From Macrostomum lignano (taxonomy: Eukaryota), in assembly GCA_002269645.1 (NCBI GenBank), contig NIVC01000305.1, positions 124,001 to 188,000 on the forward strand: a stretch of DNA of 64,000 nt, read 5' to 3'. Made by a program: the position numbers and the translations under genes. A model generated the notes under the pieces. The model was not told where the DNA came from. It made no database searches and saw only the letters and a list, made by a program, of their open reading frames with translations. Each line of letters begins with the position of its first letter. The stretch's first letter is position 1. Positions 36,701-48,903 of the stretch are shown piece by piece.

Positions 36701-38345
36701 CAACGCCCGGACTGAGAGAAACCCTCCTTAGAGGAGTGAATTGGGGGATACATAGAGTTAGAGGATTAGTGCCAGGAGACTGCTCAGGCCAATAAAAGTA
36801 CATATGCTACCAATAAAAGTACATACGCTACCAATAAAAGTACATACGCTACCAGTAAAAGTACATACGCTACCAATAGAAATACATGCACTACGAGTGA
36901 AGGTCAAGTAATAACTAGCAATATTAACAAAAAGGAATAACCCCTGCAACAGCTTGGTGGCAGCTAGTAAGGCTAGCAAAAGGAATAATTAAGAGCCCTG
37001 GGACAGCTTTTGGTGTCAGCGGTTGAAATTGTATAGAGAGACGGAGCCCTACGACAACTTTGGTGGCATAACAGTGAAATTCTCATAGAGAGCCAAAGGG
37101 CCTACGACACTCTAAAAAAAGACTAAATATAATCTTACAAAGATAATTAAGTGTTTCTTTTATTTTCTAATTTAATTTGCAGTTGTTTAAGCACTATGTT
37201 ATCTTCTTGATTCAAAATATTTTGTTTTTTAGACTTTTTGTTAAAACTATAGCTACAGCTACGGGAACTATAGGAATATTGTAATTTCGGGTCTCTACAG
37301 CTACGGAATACACAGCATATGTTGAATTTATGCCAACTATTGCAAAGCAGACCAAATGTACGCCGAATATCTTTGGCTATGCCGATGCACACTGGAATTT
37401 TTGATGAAAAAAGCTACCTTCCTGACTATGGTGTGCAAGCAATGCAGTTGTGGCAATGCAACATAGTGCAGGTTGTTATAGAATGTTTAAAAGCACTGTA
37501 TATCAAATATAAAAAAATTATAAATTGAAATTAAAAATCTATCAAACTACGTTTTAAAATATAGAAACTACATAGGCCCATATTATTATTATAAATTACT
37601 TTTATTATGAAATTTAAAGAGGCAATATATTTAAATAATCCTAGAAATATGCTACATAATAGTGCCAAATATAGCAATAATATATAGTTTATTATAATTA
37701 ATATGTGAAACTAATAAAACAATTTTGAAAACAACATAATTTATTCAAAAAATGTGAGAAAACTATAATTAAAAAAGAGATTTTTTATCTTAAGTTTTTT
37801 AGGTTGATTATTGACCTTCTAATGTATGAATTTGAATATTACTTTTAGAAGGCCTGTTTAAATTACATTGATTACAATTAATTGCTAATGAAACATAAAA
37901 AATACTTATAAAGAACAACAATTATATAAAACCCTAATCAGAAAATGTCTTTACTTAGTCTTAACAGATAAGATTGAGCATAATAAGAAGTTTGATTAGT
38001 TAGACAATAGTATACATTGGCACAAAAGAAAAGGCAAGTTTAATTGGGCAGAACTGCAATATCCAGATTAAAAAATTATAACTATACTACAGGTACAAAC
38101 TAAACACAATTGAACACAGTATACAGTAGGGGCCTAGACTTCATCTTCTACTTAAATATTTACTAATAAATAATACAGATACTTACAATGTTCAAATTTG
38201 TTAGCATAGTGTACTTTCCAGTAAAAATGCTGCTTTCCGTTAAATCATCTCCAAAGACAATGTGCTTCTCATTGTAGTAGACAACAAACGAAAAAAATAA
38301 GGCTAAAAAGACGCGAATGCACACTGAATTTGACAGTCGCGACAT
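33710..38345 (-). CDS. AIG1: AIG1/ADTRP (FAR-17a) family multipass membrane hydrolase (~240 aa); exons 38345-38187, 35117-35004, 34900-34780, 34038-33710
   Basis: GKYTMLTNLN (catalytic Thr position), VLFWTLFLINRELVYP..LDEYIPVWHNHALHTAILP (catalytic His position), YIAWVHVIHSVTGWWVYPILE; phases 0, 0, 1 join in frame. Confidence 0.85.
34090..34742. repeat. 21-bp minisatellite (tttatctcatctcccgctgtg) in AIG1 intron 3
   Basis: Tandem units; gives the spurious INTAGDE ORF. Confidence 0.95.
35255..35527 (+). mobile_element. MITE family 1, copy 3, in AIG1 intron 1
   Basis: atacatgcgcaac...gttgcacatgtat 13-bp TIR with one mismatch. Confidence 0.78.
36788..36885. repeat. 21-bp tandem repeat (ccaataaaagtacatacgcta)
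   Basis: 4-5 copies. Confidence 0.8.
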
Positions 38346-39061
38346 TTTATTGCTTCTCTGCACTTTTAATTCGAAATAAGCCTACGGATTAAAATAATAT
38401 GCACACATCACCGTCAAAAGAAGCTAACTCTAATTTCTGGTCTGTTGATTTAAATTTCTGATATGAGAGAGAAAACCTGTACGGTAATTCCAGGAAATCA
38501 CCGTGTTTAAATACTAATATCATGGGCCTGTACATAGCGTTTGTTGTGTACCTTAAAACAAATTTATGTAAGCCTGAAAGTTTACAACCACTATTACTGA
38601 TGCTTTTTTTCCATCAATATACTCATAATTTCAGTTGACTGACTTTAAATTATCTGGTTTCTCGCTTCTTTCTGCAACATGCAGTGTCATCCAATGACGC
38701 TTATTGGGCTCGTTGTTGCCTAATATTAAAACATGTCGTAATTATTGCATGTACTTTTTCAGAAATTCATTTACACTGCGATATCAGCATAAGTACATAT
38801 ATAATTATAATTTGTCTTACATTGTGCTGAGCATAACCTTTACCTGTACCTTGTACCTTAATGCGTCCTTCAATACATCAGATAAATATACATTTATGAC
38901 ATGATTACATGTATGTGCCCGTGACTCAGCCCCAGTGGATAATTTTAAGCAATAAAGTAATGATGAATTTTAATTACTGTACAGAATCTTCACTACAGGT
39001 ACATTTCATAAGCAAAATGAATGGCCACATTGAAGTGTAAATTTATTTTATCTAGATAATA

Positions 39062-41049
39062 TGATGGGTTTCGACCTTCGGGCTCCTTGTTAGGGAAGCC
39101 TTCGGACCTCAGGCTCAGAAATAAATCAATTAGAGACCTGGCCCCCCACTCCTGTCAGATGGTCAGCCCCATGGTAGCTTGATCGTGTGGCGAGCAGTCT
39201 AGGTCCTATAGCTAAGAGAGGGACAGCGAGAGACGAGCAGGGAGAATTTTGAAAGTAGAAATTAGCTAATCCGCAGATCAACTAACTTGCTGCCACCAGC
39301 CCGTGCGCCCTGGCTCACCACACCGGGACTCTCGAAATCGGGCTTCCGACTAGAAGGGGCTTTGCACTTACCTGCCAACTAGTGTCTTTTTGCTGTCAAT
39401 CTCGAAGTCATAGCCGATGATAAGGGACACTGCTGGGACTAGATCGCGTTGGCCATGCAGGTACAGAGGGGACTTGTGCAGGGGATTCCTGCGGTGGCGA
39501 GTCTATGAGGTAGCTACATGTACTATTACATTGCTAAATACGAAGATATGTACTTTTAGCCTTCAACGCGCCAACTAGCCTCTCATAGCGCTGATGATAG
39601 GCTAACTCGAACTTCAGAGACCTCGCATGATTCATTACCCGAGCCGCTTGGCTAACCTAGAGTGCACAAAGTACATCTCTGGCGCCGATTCTGCACTTCT
39701 GGCAGTTTTGCTCACTGATTTGATTGATTGATCGACTGAGAACCGCCTTGCCATTGGTCCACTGTGACCGGCGCCTACTAGCTTAGCTACTCATCTGAGC
39801 CATCGGCGAACAAAGAACTAAAACCGATAAAAATAACTGTCAGATTTAACCTTCTCCTTAGATCACTTCACACTTCGGATCGAATTGGAGTTTCAGACTA
39901 CTGGCAGTATTATTGAATGATTTCTGCCTCAGTAACAGCACCACTGAACAAAATGAGCAAAAGTGTGCGCCTAATTCAGCTACTGAAACAGGGGACAGAT
40001 AGGGAATCACCCAATCAAGCAAGTCCAGGTAGCCTCTCACCCAACCAATCAGAAACTCAACAGCCGGAGACCAGGTAATCCACAGTGACCGAATCGGCCT
40101 GATGCTCTGCAGCTGTAGACTCGGGATGATGCTGTCAAGATCTTCACTGTCAGCTAGCAGGTGATGCTCTTCACTTGATGTTCGCTGCTGATGACCGGGG
40201 GACTCGTCCTTGATGATGACGGGGGGGAGTCGCAATCCGGGGATCAAGAGACGACGGTCAGGCTCCGGGAGGTCTCTAGCTAGGCCAAGTTCCCAGGAGG
40301 TTGAGGTCCGAGCGGGCCAAAAACACCGGTTTAAATAGCCGCCAACTGGACCGCCGTTTGTTATAACAGAACACGTCGATTCTGATTGGCTGAGCCGTTT
40401 TGTTAAAATGAGCGTCGAATTTTCTGATTGGCTAAGCTTGTTGCTACCCAGAATCACGTGACCGAGAGATCCTATCAGTTCCCACAGGGTCGTAAAAAGA
40501 TGACAGGTGCGGCCATAAATCACTCAAAATCGCAACAAAATGATTTATGACTTTTCGCGTAGGATTGACAGAAATTAATGAAAAAATATACATTAGAAAG
40601 CTCTTATTAAATAGAAAGTGAAGATAATGAAGAGAAATTGCTAATCGCTAATCCCAAAGTACTTTTAGGGGTAAAACGCATAGCTGTCAAAGCTGTCACA
40701 TGCTTGAGTGAATCCGAACAATAGGCTCTGACCTCATAAATCTTGATGGCCTGTCAAAACGATGAGAAAAAAGCTACCGCCCGCATCCTCTCAGACCATC
40801 TGGCGCCCGTCTCAACACTGAGTGAGGCGCAGGTGGCTGTCAGACCAGCTTCGAAAGCGATGATTTATGACCCAAAAAGCAATGCCTATGTTATTATGAC
40901 TACTAGTATGGCCAGACATTATATCTAGTATAGATTCTATGACAATTTGCAGAAAAAGGATAAAAATGCCCATCGCCCACTGTTAGTAGGCTAGTAAATT
41001 TAGAGCCCATGTGCTAGCGCGGGATTTGGAAAAAAGTGCGTCCTCATCA
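39062..41049 (-). repeat. 3' LTR (1988 bp)
   Basis: Direct repeat of 46608-48593; preceded on the minus strand by the PPT. Confidence 0.93.
40330..40460 (-). promoter_or_regulatory. LTR U3 promoter motifs: E-box CACGTG (40455-40460), two AGCCAATCAG CCAAT boxes (40423-40432, 40382-40391), TATTTAAA (40330-40337); same motifs at ~47874-48004
   Basis: Motif order E-box > CCAAT > CCAAT > TATA in the element's sense direction. Confidence 0.6.
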
Positions 41050-41062
41050 TATGCCCCCCCTA
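41050..41062 (-). other. Polypurine tract (AGGGGGGG-CATA adjoining the 3' LTR)
   Basis: Plus strand tatgccccccct immediately after the LTR end at 41049. Confidence 0.8.
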
Positions 41063-42722
41063 TTTGTGAGTTGATCGCAGATTAACTCAAAAACAACGAA
41101 GAAAAATGAGCGCAGTTTTGTACAAAATCGCAGCTAGCACATCATAAAGAATAGTAAAAATAATAGTTACTCACAAATAGGTATAAGAATATTAAAATAA
41201 CACGCGTCCCAAGAAAGGAAATCCCAAAAGAGAAAGAAATTGGGGAAGGGAAAGAATGAAGAAAGAATGGGATCAAAAGAAAGGTGCTTAAAAATAGATA
41301 TCGCATTTGCCAATACAGTATTAAGTGCGAGATACATGTAAGGGAATAATAAACAGATAAATTATTGCCGCGCGAGTAGACATAGTTCAAAATGTGCGAG
41401 ATGGGATAAACAGCGCATGTTCAACGAGACTAAGCTTCATTGTTCGCGTTCGAGTCAGTCTCGATTCTACCTGTTAAGCCTCTTGATGGCTTAATTCCTT
41501 TGCCGCGCGGCCGACCCGAGCCAGGATGGGCGAGGAGCTTGGGAAATGCGTTGCACATTCTCCCCTCCCGCCTGTGGAGTCCACGTGCCAGGGGTTGCCG
41601 TGCTCATCTGGCGGCTGTTGGCGAATGGCGACCCTCAGAGGATTAAGGGACCCTCGAGTCATCTTTGCTGACTGGCTGAGACGCTGCTGGGGGAGGATGA
41701 CCTCAACCGCCTCGAGTTCGCAGGGAGATAAAAGCGACTGACCACTCAGGTCATCCACAAATTATGATTTTCATCTTCGAATCCTGCGTCAGCCTTCTAC
41801 TCGTCAGCCAGCACTTCGCCACTGCCACCTTTGCTGATTTCGCATCAGGCCAGGCCAGCCACTGCAGACCTCCGATCTTCAACTGGTAAGTCTCATCTCA
41901 GCTCTGTGATACTCTACCGTACACGTTACTCAATCGAATAATCCCAGACCCATCCCACAGTCTCAGCAACCTTCAGGGTACACTCCCTCTTGTTCATTTG
42001 CCCATTCGGTGCTGTGTAGGATATGTATACTTTAAGATGTATTATGAATAGAGTTTCAGATAAGAGGCAGAATGATTTTGAGCACTAGTGTTATATTTTA
42101 AAAGTTCTTTCGAAGATTTTTGTCTTCAAAACTCCGCTTCAATCGCATTCTCTTCCAAGTTTAATTCACACAATCCTATTTTGTTTTACACTCAGTATTA
42201 CTACGTATCAGTAGTATCGCACGGCCGCGAAATTCAGCTTTAAATTTACCACTCCTAATTTGATTTAGCAATTCGTATTAATTCAGGTGGACCATTCGTA
42301 CCTTATTTAAGACTTTTATTAGTTTAATTATGCCTAGTATTCTTCTATATTAATTACCTAATTCGCTCATCGTTGATCTCTTTCTTCGCCTTGGCTCAGT
42401 GAGTTTAGTAACACGAGAAGTCCTAAATTTCAGTTTCAAACTAACTCAAACCAAGGTTCAGTTTCACATTTAATTTCGAAAGCACTCACGACAAATTAAG
42501 CACAATAAGCAAGCAGTCACATTCACGCACACAACATATTGTTTCCGCCACCATTTGACGAACCTTTTACAAAAACATCAGCTCGAGAGCTTCTAAATGT
42601 TACAGACTTCCTAGGGACAATGAAATCGGGTACAAGATTCATTTTCCTTTTGCCACTGTTTACTAAATTTGCCCTTAAAAGTCCAGAAGAGGGGTGAGTG
42701 TGGGCGCCACCCATCCCTACTC

Positions 42723-44080
42723 TCAGTTTTCCGAACCGGCTGGCCCAGACGGAAGATAGAAAGAGGGCCGCTGTCTCTGCGCTCTAGGCGCCGGGGTTGG
42801 CGGGGGGCTCCAGCTTTCTTCTCCTACTCTGCTCTCTCCCTGGGTAGGAACACGCAGGGGAGGCGGGCGCGCGCGTGCACTGTTGCGCAACTGCGGGGGC
42901 CGGTAAATCTCAGTTTTTTCAATCTGCTTGGCCGGGTCACCATAAATCGCATTCTGCCTCTGTAGCGCGGGCTTCTCTGACAGATTTTGAGATGAGGGGG
43001 GCGGGGACTTGCCCTCAGGCGGTTGGCTAGCTCGCTCAGTATCTTCTACCACTGTGAGGTCTCCCTCCCAATGACCTGAGTGGCTTATCATGGCCCGATC
43101 GATCTTCTCCGCTACCTGACTCATAGCGCCGTAAATCTTGCCGACGGTTTCATCAAGGCTGTTTTGGCGCTGCTGTAAATCTGTCAATGCCTCTTCTACT
43201 TCCCTTCCTTCCTCCGACTCTAGCATGCGGACCCACCTGCGTTGATATTCTCTGTCGCTGGGGCGATTCTGATCTCTGTTTCTATCGTCCCTACGCTGAT
43301 CATACCTGGGCTGGTCTCGCGCTAAGCGCCGGGAAATCTCATCTGCCTCTTGGAGATTCTGCTGTGCTGCCAGCACTTCATCAATGCTGCGAAACTGTTG
43401 CCCTAGCAGCGACTTGCGCACATCTGGGGCGATGTCAGCTGTTTCCAAGTAGGCAAAGATCACCTCCGACTCTAACTGTCTAGGACTCATGTCGGGGTAA
43501 GCAGAAGCTATCACACTACGCACCATGGCCGAATAGGCGTGGTGATTCTGGCCTGCCTTCTGTTTCAAATTCCGGACTTTGTTCCTCTTCGCTAATTCTG
43601 AACTGGCCTCTCCTACCTGGCGACCTAACCTTTCTATGAATTCTTCGAAGTCAAGGCCGGGATGGAGGGCAATAGCAAGACTCTGCAGATCTGGGGGGAG
43701 GAGCGAGATTACTGTGCTCTTCTTCTGCTCTCTGTCCCTAATCTCTTCAGATCTGAGTTTGTATTTGACTCTGTCAACCCACTGGGGAAGCAGGATTCTG
43801 CTGGGTTGAATTTCTCAACGCTAATCTTGACACTCTGTGTCTCTCTGCCCAATCCAATAGCTGCAAGGGCTTGCGCTAATTGGGCTGCCATGTCGGCGGC
43901 TTGGGGTTGAGGTGGGGCTCTCTGCGGTGATGATCCGCACTCTGATCTCTCGGGGGAGCCTGAGCCCTGGGACGAAAAATCGCAGGCGGCTGCAGCGGCG
44001 GCTGCTGATCCGTTCCTATTCCCTCTACCTCTTCTGCCTCTACCTCCTGACTTACTGGTACTGGAATTACATGTTTCCAT
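42723..44080 (-). CDS. Gag (capsid-like) protein of the LTR element, interrupted by one apparent 1-bp frameshift at ~43784-43787
   Basis: VEKFNPAESCF(P)/QWVDRVKYKL...RNLKQKAGQNHHAYSAMVRSVIASAYP resembles retrotransposon capsid motifs; joins ORFs 43709-44116 and 42723-43568; no CCHC knuckle. Confidence 0.7.
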
Positions 44081-46586
44081 AGTTCGGGCACAACACCAGT
44101 TGCCGGGACAGAACAAAAGAATGAAAATCTGAACCGGGGTGGAAAGAATGAATGCAATTGGCTACTAGCCGAAATTGGGTGTCTGCTTCAAAGCAAGACA
44201 ATGGCAATGAATCGAATCGAATGGGGAAGGGGGGAGATTGTGCAAAAAGCCTAACTAGGGTAGGGTTTTGACACAAGTAAGCAATGGGGGGTTGAGCGCC
44301 GCGAGTTGGGGAGCTCAAAGCAAAAACAATAAATTACAAGCAAAAATAAGCAAAAAGCATAAAACACGCAAATAAGCAAAAGATACGCGATCTATATACA
44401 AAAAGCGTACAATACGAGCGCGGGGCTTGCGATAATGATCGCAAACACAGCACAAAAATGGAAAAAAATGCAAAAACCAACGAAGCGGAAACTTCACTTA
44501 TTCCACTCACACCGCAGTCACACTTGACTCAAATTTTTTTCACACCTAAAAATCCTTCTGTCTCTGCCTTGAATCCGATCTCGGATTTTCTCGAATTGCT
44601 GCTTTTAAACTCACTGGTTCTCAACTGGGCTAAGGCCACGGCTTTCCGCAGGCTACTACAGTCTCAGTCTCTCTTTCTCTCTGAGCGGCTCTTTTTGCTT
44701 CCGAATAATTTTAATGGGCTAGTAAATCATGGAGGGTCTCATCAGCTCTCATTAGTCTAAATTGCAGGCGCCAATATGTGGGCACCTCATGTGTATCAGA
44801 GCTCTCCTGCGTGGTATCGCCACTAGGAAACCGTCCGGGTGCTGCTACGGCTAGACAGATTCACAATCCCCATCAAGGCTGATCTTTTAGCGGAACTTGG
44901 ACGTCTGACCCAGCGCGCCCAGTGGCCCCTCTGTGTAGCTTTCGTCAGCATTGACCGGTGAGGGCGGATTACACCTAATATACGATACTCGCGAACAGAC
45001 AGATAATACACAAGGAGTTAAGCAGGTCCGTAGTGTAGTGTTCACTCCGCAACAAAACCTTATGGCACGGTCCCTAAGACTTTTGATCATAGAAAAAGCT
45101 ATGGGCAGCAGGAAAGTTTGTCAAATATTATGACCCTACGTTATCGGGTCGGGTATTTTTATAGCGGCGAACCACAGAAGACATCTGTGTCTTGAGTCAG
45201 TAGAGTCTGTCCAGACAAAGCTGCGCTCCCCTCCTCTTGCTATCATAAAAATGAATAGCCACGGCGTTTTCTGCTCTCTGCAGAATCGTTAACCAGAGCG
45301 GTAGCTGGAATTCGCACATACTACCATGGCACCGTGTGGGTAATTCTCTCCGCTTTCCTTACTGTATTTACATTAGACACCCCTCCGATTCTAAGAAAGA
45401 ACCAAAAGAGCAAAAGCAAACTTCCAAACCCTAAATTCCGCAACCAGGAAAAATTACATGTGCACTGGCAAACTGTACTACTGAAAGTAATACCTACACA
45501 CTTCCCAGACTCCTAGGCTAAGCAGATGGTAAATGTACGAACTTAAAGTAACTTCAGACCTCACAATTCTGTACCCAAACCCAAAGTAGCGTGGCTGTTC
45601 TCGCGTTCCGGTAGCCATCAACCCCAGACATATTTTTCAGGACATGGATGTCTGACCCAGCGCATCCAGAGGCCCAACGGCACAGCACTTGCCATTGTTA
45701 GCCGGAATACCGAGAATTGCGGTGGGAATTTGAGCTCTCCGTTGCCACTTAAAGCGATTTATACCACCAAAGCCCGAATAGCGGACAACAATTCGTGAGA
45801 AGCACTCAGATAGAACACCCCGATTTAGATCGAAATGATACTATAATCACACAGTACGCTAATCCGACTGTCCCGTACTAATCTGCTCCAGAGTATAACC
45901 TTTGAACCCAAAACCCGTGAGGCCCTGCGTATGAAACCAAGGCTTCGCACATCCAAAAAGCTGCCTGATTCTAAATTTTGCAAACAAGACAAAAACTACG
46001 AGCGCTGTCAGCATTCTATAATGAACGTTTTGGCCGAGGAAGCATTATCATTCGGATAATGGCCTCTTGTCTACACGACAAAAATTAATAGCTTAATTTC
46101 GAGTGATCAGTTCGAAACTTTTCTGTTTAGCAAAAGTACAAGAACTATCCTAAGTCTCTATTTTCCGCATAATTAGCTGGCTGAAATCAAAACTGGAGAA
46201 CTAAGCAGAGAGCCTAGATAACTGATCAAGCTGAGAGAGTTATATGTGCGGGGTTGATTTTTTTTATATGCTCTGGCTTTTTGAATTTTTATAATTTTTT
46301 TGGTTGATTTTTTGGAATAGGCATGCATTTAATGGTAATCAATTCATACTAGTAATTTTTTTGGTTCCAGTAGCATAAATTTTTTTGTGCATTTTTGGAC
46401 TCTCATAATTCAGACTTGAAAAGCTATCGCAGCTGACTACTTACAGTAATCTAATAGAAACCTAAATTCCCAATTTTGAAATCTAAACGGCGCAACTTGA
46501 TTTTATTATTCTGTCACAATTTGCCATTTACCAGCTATCACTACCGGTCAGCACTTTACCACTTCCTACCGGCTAGTGTTTACCAA

Positions 46587-46605
46587 AATCCCACCGCTGC
46601 CACCA
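46587..46605 (-). other. Primer-binding site complementary to the 3' end of tRNA-Leu
   Basis: Plus strand aatcccaccgctgccacca equals the 3' end of eukaryotic tRNA-Leu(AAG/UAG) plus CCA; 2 nt from the 5' LTR. Confidence 0.9.
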
Positions 46606-46607
46606 TT

Positions 46608-48593
46608 TGATGGGTTTCGACCTTCGGGCTCCTTGTTAGGGAAGCCTTCGGACCTCAGGCTCAGAAATAAATCAATTAGAGACCTGGCCCCCACTCCTGT
46701 CAGATGGTCAGCCCCATGGTAGCTTGATCGTGTGGCGAGCAGTCTAGGTCCTATAGCTAAGAGAGGGACAGCGAGAGACGAGCAGGGAGAATTTTGAAAG
46801 TAGAAATTAGCTAATCCGCAGATCAACTAACTTGCTGCCACCAGCCCGTGCGCCCTGGCTCACCACACCGGGACTCTCGAAATCGGGCTTCCGACTAGAA
46901 GGGGCTTTGCACTTACCTGCCAACTAGTGTCTTTTTGCTGTCAATCTCGAAGTCATAGCCGATGATAAGGGACACTGCTGGGACTAGATCGCGTTGGCCA
47001 TGCAGGTACAGAGGGGACTTGTGCAGGGGATTCTTGCGGTGGCGAGTCTATGAGGTAGCTACATGTACTATTACATTGCTAAATACGAAGATATGTACTT
47101 TTAGCCTTCAACGCGCCAACTAGCCTCTCATAGCGCTGATGATAGGCTAACTCGAACTTCAGAGACCTCGCATGATTCATTACCCGAGCCGCTTGGCTAA
47201 CCTAGAGTGCACAAAGTACATCTCTGGCGCCGATTCTGCACTTCTGGCAGTTTTGCTCACTGATTTGATTGATTGATCGACTGAGAACCGCCTTGCCATT
47301 GGTCCACTGTGACCGGCGCCTACTAGCTTAGCTACTCATCTGAGCCATCGGCGAACAAAGAACTAAAACCGATAAAAATAACTGTCAGTTTTAACCTTCT
47401 CCTTAGATCACTTCACACTTCGGATCGAATTGGAGTTTCAGACTACTGGCAGTATTATTGAATGATTTCTGCCTCAGTAACAGCACCACTGAACAAAATG
47501 AGCAAAAGTGTGCGCCTAATTCAGCTACTGAAACAGGGGACAGATAGGGAATCACCCAATCAAGCAAGTCCAGGTAGCCTCTCACCCAACCAATCAGAAA
47601 CTCAACAGCCGGAGACCAGGTAATCCACAGTGACCGAATCGGCCTGATGCTCTGCAGCTGTAGACTCGGGATGATGCTGTCAAGATCTTCACTGTCAGCT
47701 AGCAGGTGATGCTCTTCACTTGATGTTCGCTGCTGATGACCGGGGGACTCGTCCTTGATGATGACGGGGGGAGTCGCAATCCGGGGATCAAGAGACGACG
47801 GTCAGGCTCCGGGAGGTCTCTAGCTAGGCCAAGTTCCCAGGAGGTTGAGGTCCGAGCGGGCCAAAAACACCGGTTTAAATAGCCGCCAACTGGACCGCCG
47901 TTTGTTATAACAGAACACGTCGATTCTGATTGGCTGAGCCGTTTTGTTAAAATGAGCGTCGAATTTTCTGATTGGCTAAGCTTGTTGCTACCCAGAATCA
48001 CGTGACCGAGAGATCCTATCAGTTCCCACAGGGTCGTAAAAAGATGACAGGTGCGGCCATAAATCACTCAAAATCGCAACAAAATGATTTATGACTTTTC
48101 GCGTAGGATTGACAGAAATTAATGAAAAAATATACATTAGAAAGCTCTTATTAAATAGAAAGTGAAGATAATGAAGAGAAATTGCTAATCGCTAATCCCA
48201 AAGTACTTTTAGGGGTAAAACGCATAGCTGTCAAAGCTGTCACACGCTTGAGTGAATCCGAACAATAGGCTCTGACCTCATAAATCTTGATGGCCTGTCA
48301 AAACGATGAGAAAAAAGCTACCGCCCGCATCCTCTCAGACCATCTGGCGCCCGTCTCAACACTGAGTGAGGCGCAGGTGGCTGTCAGACCAGCTTCGAAA
48401 GCGATGATTTATGACCCAAAAAGCAATGCCTATGTTATTATGACTACTAGTATGGCCAGACATTATATCTAGTATAGATTCTATGACAATTTGCAGAAAA
48501 AGGATAAAAATGCCCATCGCCCACTGTTAGTAGGCTAGTAAATTTAGAGCCCATGTGCTAGCGCGGGATTTGGAAAAAAGTGCGTCCTCATCA
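46608..48593 (-). repeat. 5' LTR (1986 bp)
   Basis: Direct repeat of 39062-41049; by eye 3 substitutions and 2 homopolymer indels. Confidence 0.93.
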
Positions 48594-48903
48594 AATATAT
48601 TATAAGAAAGATTAGAAATTTCTGTTCAAGCTAGAATAACAGTATATAATTTGACTGGAATAGTTGGCTTAAGCAGACAAAACGTCAAAAATTGATTTGG
48701 AAGGCACATCGAATAACATACATGCACATCTAAATGTATTTTTCAAGGGAATTATAAAGTTGGATATGCCAATGTGAAAAATTATCTATAATCAGCTATA
48801 GTGATCTATGAATAAATATAGCTTGTAAGCATCAACTAAATAATTAAGCATCAAACACAACCGAATGTAAAAAATAGCGACAATTTGCTTAACTAAGCTA
48901 CTG

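Larger units (their letters stand above)
39062..48593 (-). mobile_element. LTR retrotransposon (Ty3/Gypsy-like), non-autonomous, gag only, recently inserted
   Basis: Two near-identical ~1.99-kb direct repeats with TGATG...CATCA ends; 4-bp TSD AATA (39058-39061 and 48594-48597); PBS and PPT on the minus strand; no RT/RNase H/integrase ORF in the 5.56-kb interior. Confidence 0.92.

Noticed and set aside
36324-36979. Hydrophobic ORFs as candidate AIG1 exons
   Set aside because: Exon 35117-35004 already gives the correct phase, length (~240 aa total) and motif continuity; these ORFs lack clean splice sites
41474-41758. Possible integrase remnant (GNPWHVD)
   Set aside because: Too short; no HHCC or DDE motifs recognisable
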